Shown: positions 51,286-63,626 of the stretch, in pieces
How positions within the stretch are numbered: the first letter of the stretch is position 1
How the letters are laid out: each line of letters begins with the position of its first letter
Assembly: GCF_963921235.1 (NCBI RefSeq)
Contig: NC_086109.1
Span: 3,102,001-3,166,000 of the forward strand
Direction: 5' to 3'
DNA length: 64,000 bases
DNA from: Mobula hypostoma
Taxonomy: Eukaryota
Notes under the pieces: generated by a model
What the model saw: the letters and a program-made list of their open reading frames with translations, nothing else
Told to the model about the DNA's origin: nothing
Databases searched by the model: none
Program-made: the position numbers and the translations under genes

Positions 51286-52761
51286 CCCCTTCTTATCGTG
51301 TCCACGGACAGTCTATACATGGCCCAGCCAGAACCGGACACAGTTTTGCGCCTTGTTGTTGAATTCGGCAAGATCTGCAACAGTACAGGGTTCCTCTCAC
51401 AATGGGCATTGCAGGAGATGTTGCATAGTTTGTGGCTCAGTTCCACATTCACAAGTTGTCGGGCTGGTTGTATATCCCCATTTGCTCAGTGACACCTTTG
51501 AACGACCTACACCAGTCCCAAGTCTGTTAAGGCACTTCCAGGTTGTCCAGTTGCAATCAGCTCCTGGGGGAAGGCTTTCATCCGGTGGAACTTCCGTCTT
51601 TGGGGGTTGTTTGAGACTGGCGAGCTGGTCTTTCCACAAGGTGATGCGGGCTTCAGATGGGGTTGATTGTAAAGGAGCAACACTGTTCATGAAGCTCTTC
51701 CTTGACTTTAGGCGGCTGGGTGTAGGTGTGTGACCATGTAGAGGGTGCCTCTCATCTGATGTTTGACAGAGTCGTTCTTTCTTGCTGGCTACCGTTCTTA
51801 TATCAGAGGGAGCGATACCTGTCAGGATATATAGGCTGTTGGTATTTGTTGGTTTTAAACAACCTGTGATGAGTTGGCAGCTTGCATTCAGAATGGCATC
51901 CATCTTCTTAGCATGAGTAGATCTTTCCCATGCAGGGCAGGCGTATTCGGCAGTGGAAGAGCAAGTGCACTGGCTCGCAATGTTTTCCAGCTTGCTCCCC
52001 ATTTTGTGTTAATGAGCGTATTCAGGATGTAGTTTCGTGCGGTCACTTTTGCCTTTGTCTTATTGATGTGGTTCTTGAAACTGAGGCGTCTGTCAAGGGT
52101 GACTCCTAAGTAGATCGGGTGCTCGCAATGCGTCAGCGTTGCTCCACACCAGGTTACTTTAAGCTGTCGTTTGGCTTCACGGTTCCTGAGGTGGAATGCA
52201 CAAACTTGTGTCTTTTATGGACTTGCTGGAGGTGATTTTCTTCATAGTAGGATGTTAGTCTCTCCAAGGCCTCAGAAAGCATTTTCTCCACAGTGTTAAA
52301 GTCAGTGCTTTGGCCAGTGATGCATTAGTCATCAGCATATATAAAACGGGCCAAGGTAGAAGCGTTCACCTCGCGGCCCTGTTTCAGCCAATTCTACCAC
52401 CACCACGCACAGCAAGAAGCGTATTCAACATTTTTGTACCATTGATTTAAGTACCAAAATCATGCCTGAAGATAGAGGTCTTAGATGTCAGAAACACAGG
52501 TCCTTTTCAAGACTAGCATTGTCTGTTATATCTGCTAACGTTGAAGGATTCTCTGCAGCTAAACAAAACATCCTCGCTACATTATGCAATGAGTTGCAGT
52601 GTGATGTCCTCTGCCTGCAGGAGACACACAGGGGAAGCGAAAACAAATACCAGGAATGTTCCTGGTTATTGAAAGACCTCATCGACAATATGGCAGTGCT
52701 GTATTTGTTAGAGCTGGTTCAGTAGTAGAACCCACTTCTAAAACAGAGGAGGACAACATCC
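51286..52761 (-). mobile_element. Vingi (Ingi-related) LINE with inverted 5' segment and large internal deletion
   Basis: Minus 51286-52347: FIYADD to LPPG..W.TWKCLNRL.TGVGRS..L.KWGY...CECG..QTMQHLLQCP, tail ggacacgataagaag; plus 52348-52761: 5' UTR and APE start VISANVEG..CDVLCLQETH; flanking agtga repeat. Confidence 0.8.
52348..52398 (+). ncRNA. HDV-like (CPEB3-like) self-cleaving ribozyme at the Vingi 5' end
   Basis: P1 GGGCC/GGCCC(U), P2 GGUAGAA/UUCUACC, P3 GCG/CGC, L3 UUCACCU, P1.1 GU, reduced P4, J4/2 CCAA. Confidence 0.75.
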
Positions 52762-54454
52762 AGTGATGAGAGTCCTTGAAGAGGATGACTTGGACCCAAA
52801 TACTGGAGCATCCAAGGCTGGGATCGAGAAACTGAGCACAAAACAAACGCTAGACAAAATCACAGGCAGGCTTTCGATTGAGCACTGAACCAATGTTCAG
52901 GTGTTCCTTAAATACTCAATCGTTAGTGCCCAGAACATGATTATCAATTAACGGGAACATCAAAAGCCCTGACATCCTAGAGAGCGCGTTTAAATCTCGG
53001 AAGCTGGCATGGTTGGGAGAGTCTCGAACAGTGTGACCCTGAAACCTTTCATGTCTCTCTGAGAGCCTGTAGAGACTCTCAGTGATTTATGGTGCTAAAG
53101 AGGCAGGTAACTCAGATACAAATCTGAGACTGGCCTAAGAGTTCATCCACGCTCGCACCAGCTGAGGTTATTACAGCCAAGAAGTCCCAGGAAACAAGTC
53201 GTGACTGATTCCTGTATCATCTTACAATTTTACAGTTCACCTCACCCACAGGGAAAAGAATTCAAGATGAATAATAGAAACTCTGACACTAGTTAGCCTG
53301 GGTACATCAGTGAATGCTTCAGCATCGCTGTATGTGGTCGATGTGGGTTCAGATGCAACATTTAATAGAAGTTTGGATAGGGATAGATGAGAGAGAAGAG
53401 GAGGTGCAGGGAGATGTAGTGAATCCCAAGATCAGGCTGGCACAGACTGGATGGGCCAAAGGACTCTTTTCTAATGCTGTCGTACTCTGATTGTACACAA
53501 GAAGATGAGCCTTGTGTTCAATATCTCCCAGTCTTCTACCAACGTTCCCACCGTGAATAATTATTTTCAGACACTGAAGAACATAGTCCTCCTCCCAAGC
53601 ATGGGAATCTCCTTTCAGCCAAAGCAGGCACTGATTATTAAATGTGACGTTGACCAATACAGTAGGAAAGCTCTGGGCGGACTGAGGAGAAGGGTTTGAA
53701 GATATCAGCCTTAAACTGGCACAACAGCTATTGATACTGAGCTGCAGTGACCCCTGATGACCCTGCCTTTGCAAAATCCTCTGGATCCATGGAAGGGGAG
53801 CTATACCTCTGAGAGGCTGACATCCCAGACTGAGGGCCGAGTTACACTCAGCGGACTCTGTTGGATGGCCATATCATTCACGTGCTTGACGCTGGAGTCC
53901 CAATGAGTCCTCGACTCCCAGCTGTGTCACATGCAGAGAAAACCAAGCAGACAGAAGGAAAGATTCAATTGTGCTCTCAAACTCTCACTGAAACATGTAA
54001 CATCCCCACTGCCCATGGAATGAAGGAGCATTTAGATTGGCACCAAGAGCCTCAGGTCTACACAAGCCAATCCTACATAGTGGTCAGAACAAGGCCTAAT
54101 CCACAAACTTCTTGCTCACTCCTCCAATAACCACCTCCTGGCCCATCTGTAGAAGAGTCTACCATTTCCATATCGGCTTACAAGTCACCTCAACACACAA
54201 AGACCCTGAGTGGAAGTAAGACATGCTCGATCCTAAGAAACAATACATAAAGAAAAATCCTAATGTTTAACTCCCGCTCCAAAGACTTAGCCACAGATAT
54301 CTAGGCTAATGTTCCAGAGCAGATGTGAAGGAACGCTGCACTGTTAGATGTTCCATGCTCTGCATGTTCTCTCAGTTGGACATTAGACATTTGTTCCACT
54401 TTCTGCAGAAGAATAGAATAGAGGACCTCCAGGTGTACTGGCCAAAAATATGAT

Positions 54455-54960
54455 CAGGATCAGAATCAGGTTTAATATCATTGGCATATGAAGTGATGGC
54501 GTTTTTTTAAGCAGGCTTTCTTATTTTTATGAGGTCAAGTTGCTAGCTCGACGCCCAACCCAGCACAGATGGAAAGCGTGTAAGGGAGCCGGCTGGATTC
54601 AAACTCAGGAGCCTTCGCTCCGAAGTCCGACGCTGATGCCACTACACCACCAGCCGGTATATATATATATATATAAAATAGTTAAATTAAATAAGTAGTG
54701 CAAAAAAAAAGTTGTGAAGTAGTGTTTGTGGGTTTAATGTCCATTCAGATATTGGATAGCAGAAGGGAAGAAGCTATTCCTGAATCATTTTGTGTGTGCC
54801 TTTAGGCTTTGGTACCTTTTCCTGATGGTAGCAATGAGAAGAGGGTTTATTTCACTCTTGTGCCGTGTCCCCTGCATACCAAACAGTGATGCAGCCAGTT
54901 AGAATCCTTTCTACGATATATCAGGTCCTTGCAAATCTCCTCGAAGTCCTAATGAAATAT
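54455..54960 (-). mobile_element. Rex1 3' fragment interrupted by a tRNA SINE
   Basis: atcagaatcaggtttaatatca tail; gaagaagctattcctgaat, cctgatggtag. Confidence 0.7.
54495..54658 (-). mobile_element. tRNA-derived SINE (young)
   Basis: Minus strand: A-box tggtgtagtgg, B-box gtttgaatcc, then a non-tRNA body and A-rich stretch. Confidence 0.7.
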
Positions 54961-55849
54961 AGCTGATTATCGATTGTGGCTGTTTGCTTTGTAGAAACTT
55001 GGTAATGTAGATGACCTGGAATAGGAAAGTGAATAATGGAAATAATAGTTCATTACTGTAAGTGCTTTAGGATTTGGCAGGGCTGTGCCAGCCCTTTTCA
55101 TTCCTGTCATTTTGGCAGGAGAGCTCCAGATTATGAGAACAGGGCTTCCAAACTGGAAGCAGAATTTGTTTATAGCCTGTTGTTCATTTTTGGATTGTAT
55201 AAGAGGAACATATTTTATTATGGGTGTTTATCTTCATTATAAATAAATGTGTAAAGTTGCAATGGGGTGTGAAATATTGGCAGAAAGGAAATTAATATTA
55301 ACACTGGGATGGATATCTGACATTTGTTTTTCTGTCACAGTTACAGATTGAACGAATTTCACACTTAATGTTCATTTTTGCTTGTTATTTTTGAGTTGGA
55401 TAAAGGAATTTAGTTCCAGCTGTGTCCAAACTTCAAATTTGTGAATAACACTGCAAAAAGTACTTAGGAAGTGTCTGCACATAAATTAAACTTATTAATA
55501 AAGTGATCGTTCCTTTGTGAGTTTATAAAATATTTTATAAAATATCGAAGTGTTATTAATTTAATTTTTAATTAATTAAGAATATTAGTGTGGTTGAATA
55601 CAAGCCTTGATTTTCCATTGGCATAAAGTGACGATGTGTTCCTCTGGCCTAACAGGAGATATTCCACAATGATATAGTGATTGCCACAGCAGGAACTTCT
55701 CTGTCTATCTCCTAACTTCCCGCTGCAGTAAGGAGTCCATGCCTAAAGTTCCCTGGCATCAGACTGCTGGAACAGCACAAAGCTGGTGACCAGGTCCTCA
55801 GCAACAAAACTGGAAATTAGAGTTCCTCTTTTTGTAACAACTGAAGTAA

Positions 55850-57530
55850 TACATAAGAGATAGAAACAGAATTAGGCCACTCAGCTCATCAAATCTTCTC
55901 CACCATTCTATCGTAGCTGATTTCGTATGTCACTAAAATGTACCATGGAGAGCATTTTAACTGGCTGCATCCACTGTCCAGTATCAGGGGGAGGGGGAGG
56001 GATATCACTGCACAGGATCAAAAGAAGCTGCAAAAGTTGTAAGCTCTGTCAGCTCATTATCCACACTATCCTCCCCAGCAGACAGGACATCGTTAAGAAA
56101 TGATGTCTTATAAAGGCAGCGTCCGTCACTAAGGACCCCTATCATCCAGGACAGGCCCTCTTCTCATTTCTACCATCAGGAAGGAGGTACAGGAGCCTGA
56201 AGACACACACTCAACAATTCAGGAACAGCTTCTTCCCCTCTGCCATCGGATTTCCGAATGGACATTGAACCCATGAACACTACCTCACTACTTTTTTGTG
56301 CTCCACTTATTTAATTTAACTTTTAAAAATATGTATATTTTTACTGTAATTTACAGATATTATTATGTATTGCATTGCACTGCTGCTGCATAACAACATA
56401 TTTCATGACATATGCCAGTGATATTAGACCTGATTCTGATTTATATTCCCTCTCAAACCCATTCTACTGAAACCTTTGACACTCTCACTAATCAAGGACC
56501 TATCAGTCTCCACTTGAATTATATCCAGTCACATGACCCTCACGGCCATGTGTGGAAATTAATTCTACAGATTCACCACTCTCTGGTGAAAGAAAGAAAG
56601 GAGTCCTTGACTCTCTCGCTATTGAAAACATCCTCTCCATATCCACTCCATCGAGGTGCTTCAATGTTCAATAGGTTTCATTGAGATTCCCCTCATTCCT
56701 CTGAACTCCAGTGAGCACAGGCCCAGAGCCCTCAAATGCTCCTCGTGCATTAACTCTTTCATTCCTGAGATAATTCTCATGAACCTCCTCTGGACCCTCT
56801 CCAATGCCAGCACACCCTTCCTTAGATAAGGGGCCCAGAACTGCTCTCAGTACTCTGTGCAATCTGACCAATGTCCTGGGAGCCTCAGCATTACATCCTT
56901 GGCTTTATATTCTAGTCCTCTGAAAATGAAAGTTAACCTTTCTTACCACGGACTGAACATTTAAATAATCCTACAAGAGGACTCCCAAGTCCCTTGCTGA
57001 ACTTGCTCTCCACATAGAAGATAGTCTATGCTTTATTCCTTGGTCATACACTTCCCAACATTATATTCCATCTGCCGCTTCTTTTCCATTCTTTGAATCT
57101 GTCTAAGTCCTTCTGTAGCCTCTGTTTCCCCAACACTACCTGCCCCTCCACCTACTTTTGTATTGTCTCCAAAAATGGCCAGAAAGCCATCAATTCAGTC
57201 GTCGAAATAATGTAAAAGAACCCTATGGAACACCACTAGTCACTGGCAGCCATCCAGAACAGGCCCCCTTTATTCCCATTCTTTGCCTCCTGACAGTCAG
57301 CCAATCTCCTATCCATGCTGACATCTTTCCCATAATACCACTGTCACATCTCGTTAAGCAGCCTCACGTGTGGCACCTTGTCAAAGGCACTCTGAAAATC
57401 CAAGGAAGTAAGCTTCACTGACTGTCCTTTGTCTATCCTGCCTGTTATTCAATTCTGACAGATTTGTCAGGAAAGATTTCCCCTTAAAGAAACCATGCTG
57501 ACTTCTGCCGTTTTTATCATGTGCCTCCAA
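55850..57530 (-). mobile_element. CR1 (minus) split by a Rex1 3' fragment (plus, 55925-56443)
   Basis: CR1 tail at 55850-55922 resumes at 56445; Rex1 ESILTGCI..SGRRYRSLK..RNSFFPSAI. Confidence 0.75.
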
Positions 57531-57719
57531 CTGATAGGTCTATGAGGAAATGGAGGATCCAGTTGCCCAGTGAGGTACCAGAGCCAGACCTTAAAATTTA
57601 GTAATGAGTTTTCAGGAAATGATAGTTTTGATTGCTGTAGAGTAGTTAATGAAGAGCATCCCGAGATATACACTTTTGCTGTCCATGTCTTCCAGGGATG
57701 AGTGAAGAGCTTATGGAAT

Positions 57720-57950
57720 GTCAACTACTTTTGACTTGCTGTGACAACAGGCACTTCTCAACATATCAAGCAAGGAGTTTCTGTGCTTCATGACCAACCT
57801 CTTGAAGCACTTCATCACAGTGCATGTAAACGCTAATTGACAATGGTCATTGTGGCAGGTTATGACAGCCTTCCTGGACACTGGTTTAATTGTTGCCTGC
57901 TTGAAACATGTGGGACTGTCCGACTGGCAAAGCAAGAGGTTGAAAACCTC
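57720..57950 (-). mobile_element. Rex1 RT N-terminal fragment
   Basis: PTCFKQATI.PV..K..ITC.ND....A.T.TVMKCFKRLV. Confidence 0.75.
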
Positions 57951-58384
57951 ATTGAAATCAGTTATGCATTATTCATTTTGCACCTCATTTTCTACAAATT
58001 ATCTTTGTAAAGAAATGCTGTGGTAGAATTAGAGAACTATTCAAACATATATCTGCTTCCCTTTTTTTCTCGATCACCTTTCTCGGCATCCAAAGTTCCT
58101 TTACCTTACCATCCTTGTCCTGCCCCCTTACTGGAACGTATATCTGCTGTACCTTGTGCAGTTAGTTTATAACTACCTTCCACATCTCAGATGCGGATGT
58201 GGCCAAAAACAGCTGTTCCCAACTAACTCTGCCTAGGTCCCTGCCTAAAACTCTCATAATTTGCCCTGCCCTATTTTAATACTCCTCTGCAAGGTCCATT
58301 TTAATCATTAACTACAGCTATCCTACAACTTAAGGACCACACTTCCAAAGTGTTCTCCCACTGAAAGGTCAATTATCTGGCCAG

Positions 58385-58598
58385 CAACACACACCAAAGT
58401 TGCTGGTGAACACAGCAGGCCAGGCAGCATCTCTAGGAAGAGGTACAGTCGATGTTTCAGGCGAGAAGGGTCTCGGCCTGAAACGTCGACTGCATCTCTT
58501 CCTAGAGATGCTGCCTGGCCTGCTGCGTTCACCAGCAACTTTTATGTGTGTTGCTTGAGTTTCCAGCATCTGCAGAATTCCTGTTGTTTGCGTTTTTA
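58385..58598. mobile_element. Miniature palindromic PLE (214 bp) in a decayed CR1
   Basis: Inverted arms; TSD aattatctggccag; CTGACGA strand of the hammerhead missing. Confidence 0.9.
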
Positions 58599-58979
58599 AA
58601 TTATCTGGCCAGGCTCATTCCCCAACATCAGGTCCAGTGTGGCCCCCTCCTCTTGTTGAACTATTTACAAATTATTTTAAGAAATCCTCCTGGATGCATC
58701 AGACAAGTTTTGACCTGTATAAGCCCCTTACACTGAGACCCTGTTTATATTAGATAAATTGAAGTTACCCACGATAACAACTTTGTTGTTTTCACTTATT
58801 TTCTTGATCTGCCTGAGTACTTGTTCCTAAGTAACCTGGTGTTCTGCTTCTCATTACACCCCCTATCTTACCTGTGACACCACTTTCAGCGAATTATGGA
58901 TCTGTATTCTCAGATCCCTCTGTTCTACCACACTCCTCATTGCCCTCCTGTTCATTGTAAGTCTTAGCCTGGTTTGTTA

Positions 58980-59456
58980 TAGTCATAGTCATAGTCATAC
59001 TTTATTGATCCCGGGGTAAATTGGTTTTCGTTACAGTTGCACCATAAATAATTAAATAGTAATAAAACCATAAATAGTTAAATAGTAATATGTAAATTAT
59101 GCCAGGAAATGATGAAATAAATCCAGGACCAGCCTATTGGCTCAGGGTGTCTGACCCTCCAAGGGAGGAGTTGTAAAGTTTGATGGCCGCAGGCAGGAAT
59201 GACTTCCTATGACGCTCTGTGCTGCATCTCGGTGGAATGAGTCTCTGGCTGAATGTACTCCTGTGCCCAACCAGTACATTATGTAGTGGATGGGAGACAT
59301 TGACCAAGATGGCATGCAACTCGGACAGCACACTCTTTTCAGACACCACCGTCAGAGAGTCCAGTTCCATCCCCACAACACCACTGGCCTTACGAATGAG
59401 TTTGTTGATTCTGTTGGTGTCTGCTACCCTCAGCCTGCTGCCCCAGCACACAACAG
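58980..59456 (-). mobile_element. Rex1/Babar 3' fragment with (ATGACT)n tail, inserted in CR1
   Basis: VVCWGS....D.NRINKLIRKA..VVG...HPLH....STFSQRL..PRC.TER.RKSFLP.AIKLYN. Confidence 0.85.
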
Positions 59457-60185
59457 TGCAAAACCTAACCCTTGTCTGCACTAAATTCTATCTGCTATTT
59501 TTCAGTCTGGCTGGTCTAGATCCCGCTGCAAGCTTTGATAGTTTTCCTCACTGTCTACTACACCGCCACTCTTGGTATCATCCACAAATTTGCTGATCCA
59601 GTTTACCACATTATCATCCAAATCATTAATATAAATGACAGATGAATTTGCATTGATTAAATCCACTTCAGCATAGAAAATGTCAGCTGTAAACTTCAGA
59701 GTTCACTCTTTTCACACTGATCTCTCACCTATCGCTTTCAATCTAATGTATTTCAAAAATTTGTAATTTTTCACTGCGTTTATCTCCTCCACAGGTTAAT
59801 CACTGTGTATGTAAATCTGAAGATTTAATCATTTTTCTCTAGAGTATGTTGGCTGTCTGAACTCAGTGTTGTCCACTTTCCCAGAGTTACTATGGCTTCA
59901 AGCTGTCAATTGACTTTAGAGGAGCTGAGGGTGAATCTCATCCCGTGGCTGTGTTTTAATAGTCACTTTGTTCCTTAGTTGAAGACCAGCCTGTCAGTAC
60001 AGACACTTCCACAAAAATATAGGGGCAGAAGGAGGTCATTCACTCTCTTTGCTCCACCATTAGTGCTACTGTTTCCTCAACACCGTCTTCCTCTCTCCCG
60101 CTGGATAATTACTAAATATCACAGCACAGGCCGCAAAGGGACAAAGCTGGAGTTTCAGGAACAAACACACTCCATATAATTCTTT

Positions 60186-61748
60186 GGCAAACAGGAATTC
60201 TGCAGATGCTGGAAATTCAAGCAACACACATCAAAGTTGCTGGTACACGCAGCAGGCCAGGCAGCATCTGTAGGAAGAGGTGCAGTCGACGTTTGAGGCC
60301 GAGACCCTTCGTCAGGACTAACTGAAGGAAGAGTGAGTAAGAGATTTGAAAGTTGGAGGGGGAGGGGGAGATCCAAAATGATAGGAGAAGACGTGAGGGG
60401 GAGGGATGGAGCCAAGAGCTGGACAGGTGATAGGCAAAAGGGATATGAGAGGATCATGGGACAGGATGTCCGGGAAGAAAGACAAGGCGGGGGCGGGGAC
60501 CCAGAGGATGGGCAAGAGGTATATTCAGAGGGACAGAGGGAGAAAAAGGAGAGTGAGAGAAAGAATGTGTGCATAAAAATAAGTAACAGATGGGGTACGA
60601 GGGGGAGGTGGGGCCTTAGCGGAAGTTAGAGAAGTCGATGTTCATACCATCCGGTTGGAGGCTACCCAGACGGAATATAAGGTATTGTTCCTCCAACCTG
60701 AGTGTGGCTTCATCTTTACAGTAGAGGAGGCCGTGGACAGACATGTCAGAATGGGAATGGGATGTGGAATTAAAATGTGTGGCCACTGGGAGATCCTGCT
60801 TTCTCTGGCGGACAGAGCGTAGATGTTCAGCAAAGCGGTCTCCCAGTCTGCGTCGGGTCTCGCCAATATAGAAAAGGCCACATCGGGAGCACCGGCGCAG
60901 TATATCACCCCAGTCAACTCACAGGTGAAGTGTTGCCTCACCTGGAAGGACTGTTTGGGGTGCCTCACCTGGAAGGACTGTTTGGGGACTGTTTACCACC
61001 ATTCAGGGCTCCAAACAGTCCTTCCAGGTGAGGCAACACTTCACCTGTGAGTCGACTGGGGTGATATACTGCGTCCGGTGCTCCCGATGTGGCCTTTTAT
61101 ATATTGGCGAGACCCGACGCAGACTGGGAGACCGCTTTGCTGAACATCTACGCTCTGTCCGCCAGAGAAAGCAGGATCTCCCAGTGGCCACACATTTTAA
61201 TTCCACATCCCATTCCCATTCTGACATGTCTATCCACGGCCTCCTCTACTGTAAAGATGAAGCCACACTCAGGTTGGAGGAACAACACCTTATATTCCGT
61301 CTGGGTAGCCTCCAACCCGATGGTATGAACATCGACTTCTCTAACTTCCGCTAAGGCCCCACCTCCCCCTCGTACCCCATCTGTTACTTATTTTTATGCA
61401 CACATTCTTTCTCTCACTCTCCTTTTTCTCCCTCTGTCCCTCTGAATATACCTCTTGCCCATCCTCTGGGTCCCCCCCACCGCCTTGTCTTTCTTCCCGG
61501 ACCTCCTGTCCCATGATCCTCTCTTATCCCCTTTTGCCTATCACCTGTCCAGCTCTCGGCTCCATCCCTCCCCCTCCTGTCTTCTCCTATCATTTTGGAT
61601 CTCCCCCTTCCCCCTCCAACTTTCAAATCCCTTACTCACTCTTCCTTCAGTTAGTCCTGACGAAGGGTCTCGGCCTGAAACATCGATTGCATCTCTTCCT
61701 ACAGATGCTGCCTGGCCTGCTGCGTTCACCAGCAACTTTGATGTGTGT
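60186..61748. mobile_element. Young Neptune-type PLE as a 1.56-kb inverted repeat
   Basis: 60186-60960 (minus) mirrors 60995-61748 (plus); TSD tccatataattcttt. Confidence 0.93.
61028..61354 (+). pseudogene. GIY-YIG (Uri) endonuclease domain of a PLE, 5'-truncated
   Basis: FTCESTGVIYCVRCSRCGLLYIGET.R.L..RF.EH....PVA.HFN...H...E...I..L..LQP.GMN; no upstream RT. Confidence 0.9.
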
Positions 61749-61840
61749 TCCATATAATTCTTTATTGCTTATTAACGCAACTTTATCATTCAATGATGAT
61801 TTTATTCAACACCTTTCATTCTGGAAGCAATTCTGGGAAG

Positions 61841-62350
61841 GTTCAAAAGTTCAAAGTAAAATTATTATCAGAGTATATATATGTCACCCTGAGATTAGTT
61901 TACTTGCCAGCATACTTAGTAAATCCAAGAATCTCAATAGACTCAATGAAAGACCACACGCAACGGACAAGCAAGCAATGTGCAAAAGACAACGAATTGT
62001 GCAAACACAAAAGAAAACAAAAAGGAATAACAATAATAAAATCAAGAACATGAGATGAAGAGTCCTTGAAAGTGAGTTCATAAGTCGTGGGAATATTTCA
62101 GTGATGGGGCAAGTGAAGTTGACTGACGTTATCCCCTTTGGTTCAAGAGCCTGAAGATTGAGGGGTAATAACTGTTCCTGAACCTGGTAGTGTGGGTCCA
62201 GCATGTCCTTGGTGGTGGGGGTCCCTGATGATGAATGCTGCTTTCCTCTGACAGCGCTCTATGTAGACATGCTCAATGGTAGAGAGGGCTTTACCCGAGG
62301 CTGTATCCACTATTTTTGTAGGCTTTTTTGTTCAATGGTGCTTCCATACT
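61841..62350 (-). mobile_element. Rex1/Babar 3' fragment
   Basis: gttcaaaagttcaaagt tail, aataactgttcctgaacctggt, tccatac. Confidence 0.7.
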
Positions 62351-63626
62351 GGAGCATGTCCTGGGTGGTGGGTCTTCCTACTGATGGAATTCATGTTCCT
62401 TTTCCAAGGAGGTGCATGAGAAAGGCATCATGATCAGACACTACACAGTGTGAGACTCTCTAAACCTTAAACACAGGAGCACTTGCAAGAATAGTGGTAC
62501 ATCATTGACCACAGTGACAAACAAACATTGGGCGAGACTAACATTTTCTTGGAAAAGACAAAGATTATCCTGGTTGTTTTCAGAGTCCTGAAGTGAGGAA
62601 CAGGATAAGCTTAGATAAAGTTTGTGTGAGGAACAGAAATCATTTTCTTGGCCGTGATCTATCCAATCTCCTACGAGCCTTCGATAGGTTTTCAGATAGG
62701 ATGCTGCCCGACCTGCTGAGTTCCTCCAGCGTGTTGTGAGTGTTGATAGGTTTTCTGTTCTGTTTGGTCGGCCCCCTACGTCCAATGTGGGGAAACTTAA
62801 GATTGTTGGTGTGATTTGTCCTGCCTACATGAAGATTAAAGCTCCCCCGTGATTATTGCTTTCACTCTGTTATAAGCCCCACTATTTCCAGTTGATATCC
62901 CGCAAATATCCATACGGTTTGGGTCCCCACATTCTAATCCTCCAGTATTTGCCTCCCCTCGTTCAGTGCTCTCCTCCACCCAGGCCGAATGAATTTCCTG
63001 ATCTTTCCAATCGTGGACCTAGTCTCCTTGAATGTCTTCAGTTCCCCTGAATCACAACGGATTTCCATTAAGAGTTCCTCTTATAGCAGCTACTTGCTGT
63101 GATGTCACCTAATGTGAATTTATAAACTTTTTTAAAGATTATATTAATTTATTTCAAAATTTACAATAACTTTTTGATGTACCAGATTTCTCGGGTACAA
63201 CTGCAAGGCTTATAAAAATTTGTAAAGATAGCAACCACAGTCTCACTTCTGTCATTTACTTGTGATACCACACTCCTTGTACAGTCATCAGATTCTTGGT
63301 TTATACATTTGCCTTATCACATGTACCTTAATAAAGAAGCACAATTTGCACTGCCCTTTATAAATGTGAGGTTTGAGAAAACTTAGACACAATAGTTCTT
63401 TAAAGCATGAATAGCCAGTTTGCATCTGTGAAGGAAAATTGCCACAGAGTGCTGGAGATGTACTGCACAGATACCAATCCCACAGCCCACCAGGTCCGTA
63501 TCAACCTTTCTGTCAATCAGAATCAGGGTTAATATCACCGGTATGTGTTGTCAAATTTGTTAACTTTGCGGCAGCAGTACAACGCAATACATGCTATTAG
63601 AACAAAACTGTGAATTTTATATATAT

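Larger units (their letters stand above)
46638..53030 (-). mobile_element. Full-length but decayed chromodomain-bearing Gypsy (chromovirus, Sushi-like) retrotransposon
   Basis: Diverged LTRs 46638-46955 and 52762-53030; PPT gagggaggaggctc; gag 50764-51264; CFYCG..DH knuckle; RT KNCYPLP; RNase H EADASD, TDHKNL; integrase MDFVMGLP; chromodomain [16 protein letters not shown]. Confidence 0.9.

Noticed and set aside
54585..54658. tRNA gene
   Set aside because: A/B boxes present but imperfect cloverleaf, no T-run terminator, and it continues into a SINE body
59843..59930. Possible exon after atttttctctag ending at gtgaat
   Set aside because: One open frame but no recognisable peptide; expected by chance
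61028..61354. Functional stand-alone GIY-YIG nuclease gene
   Set aside because: 5'-truncated PLE ORF with no ATG or RT, inside a TSD-flanked insertion
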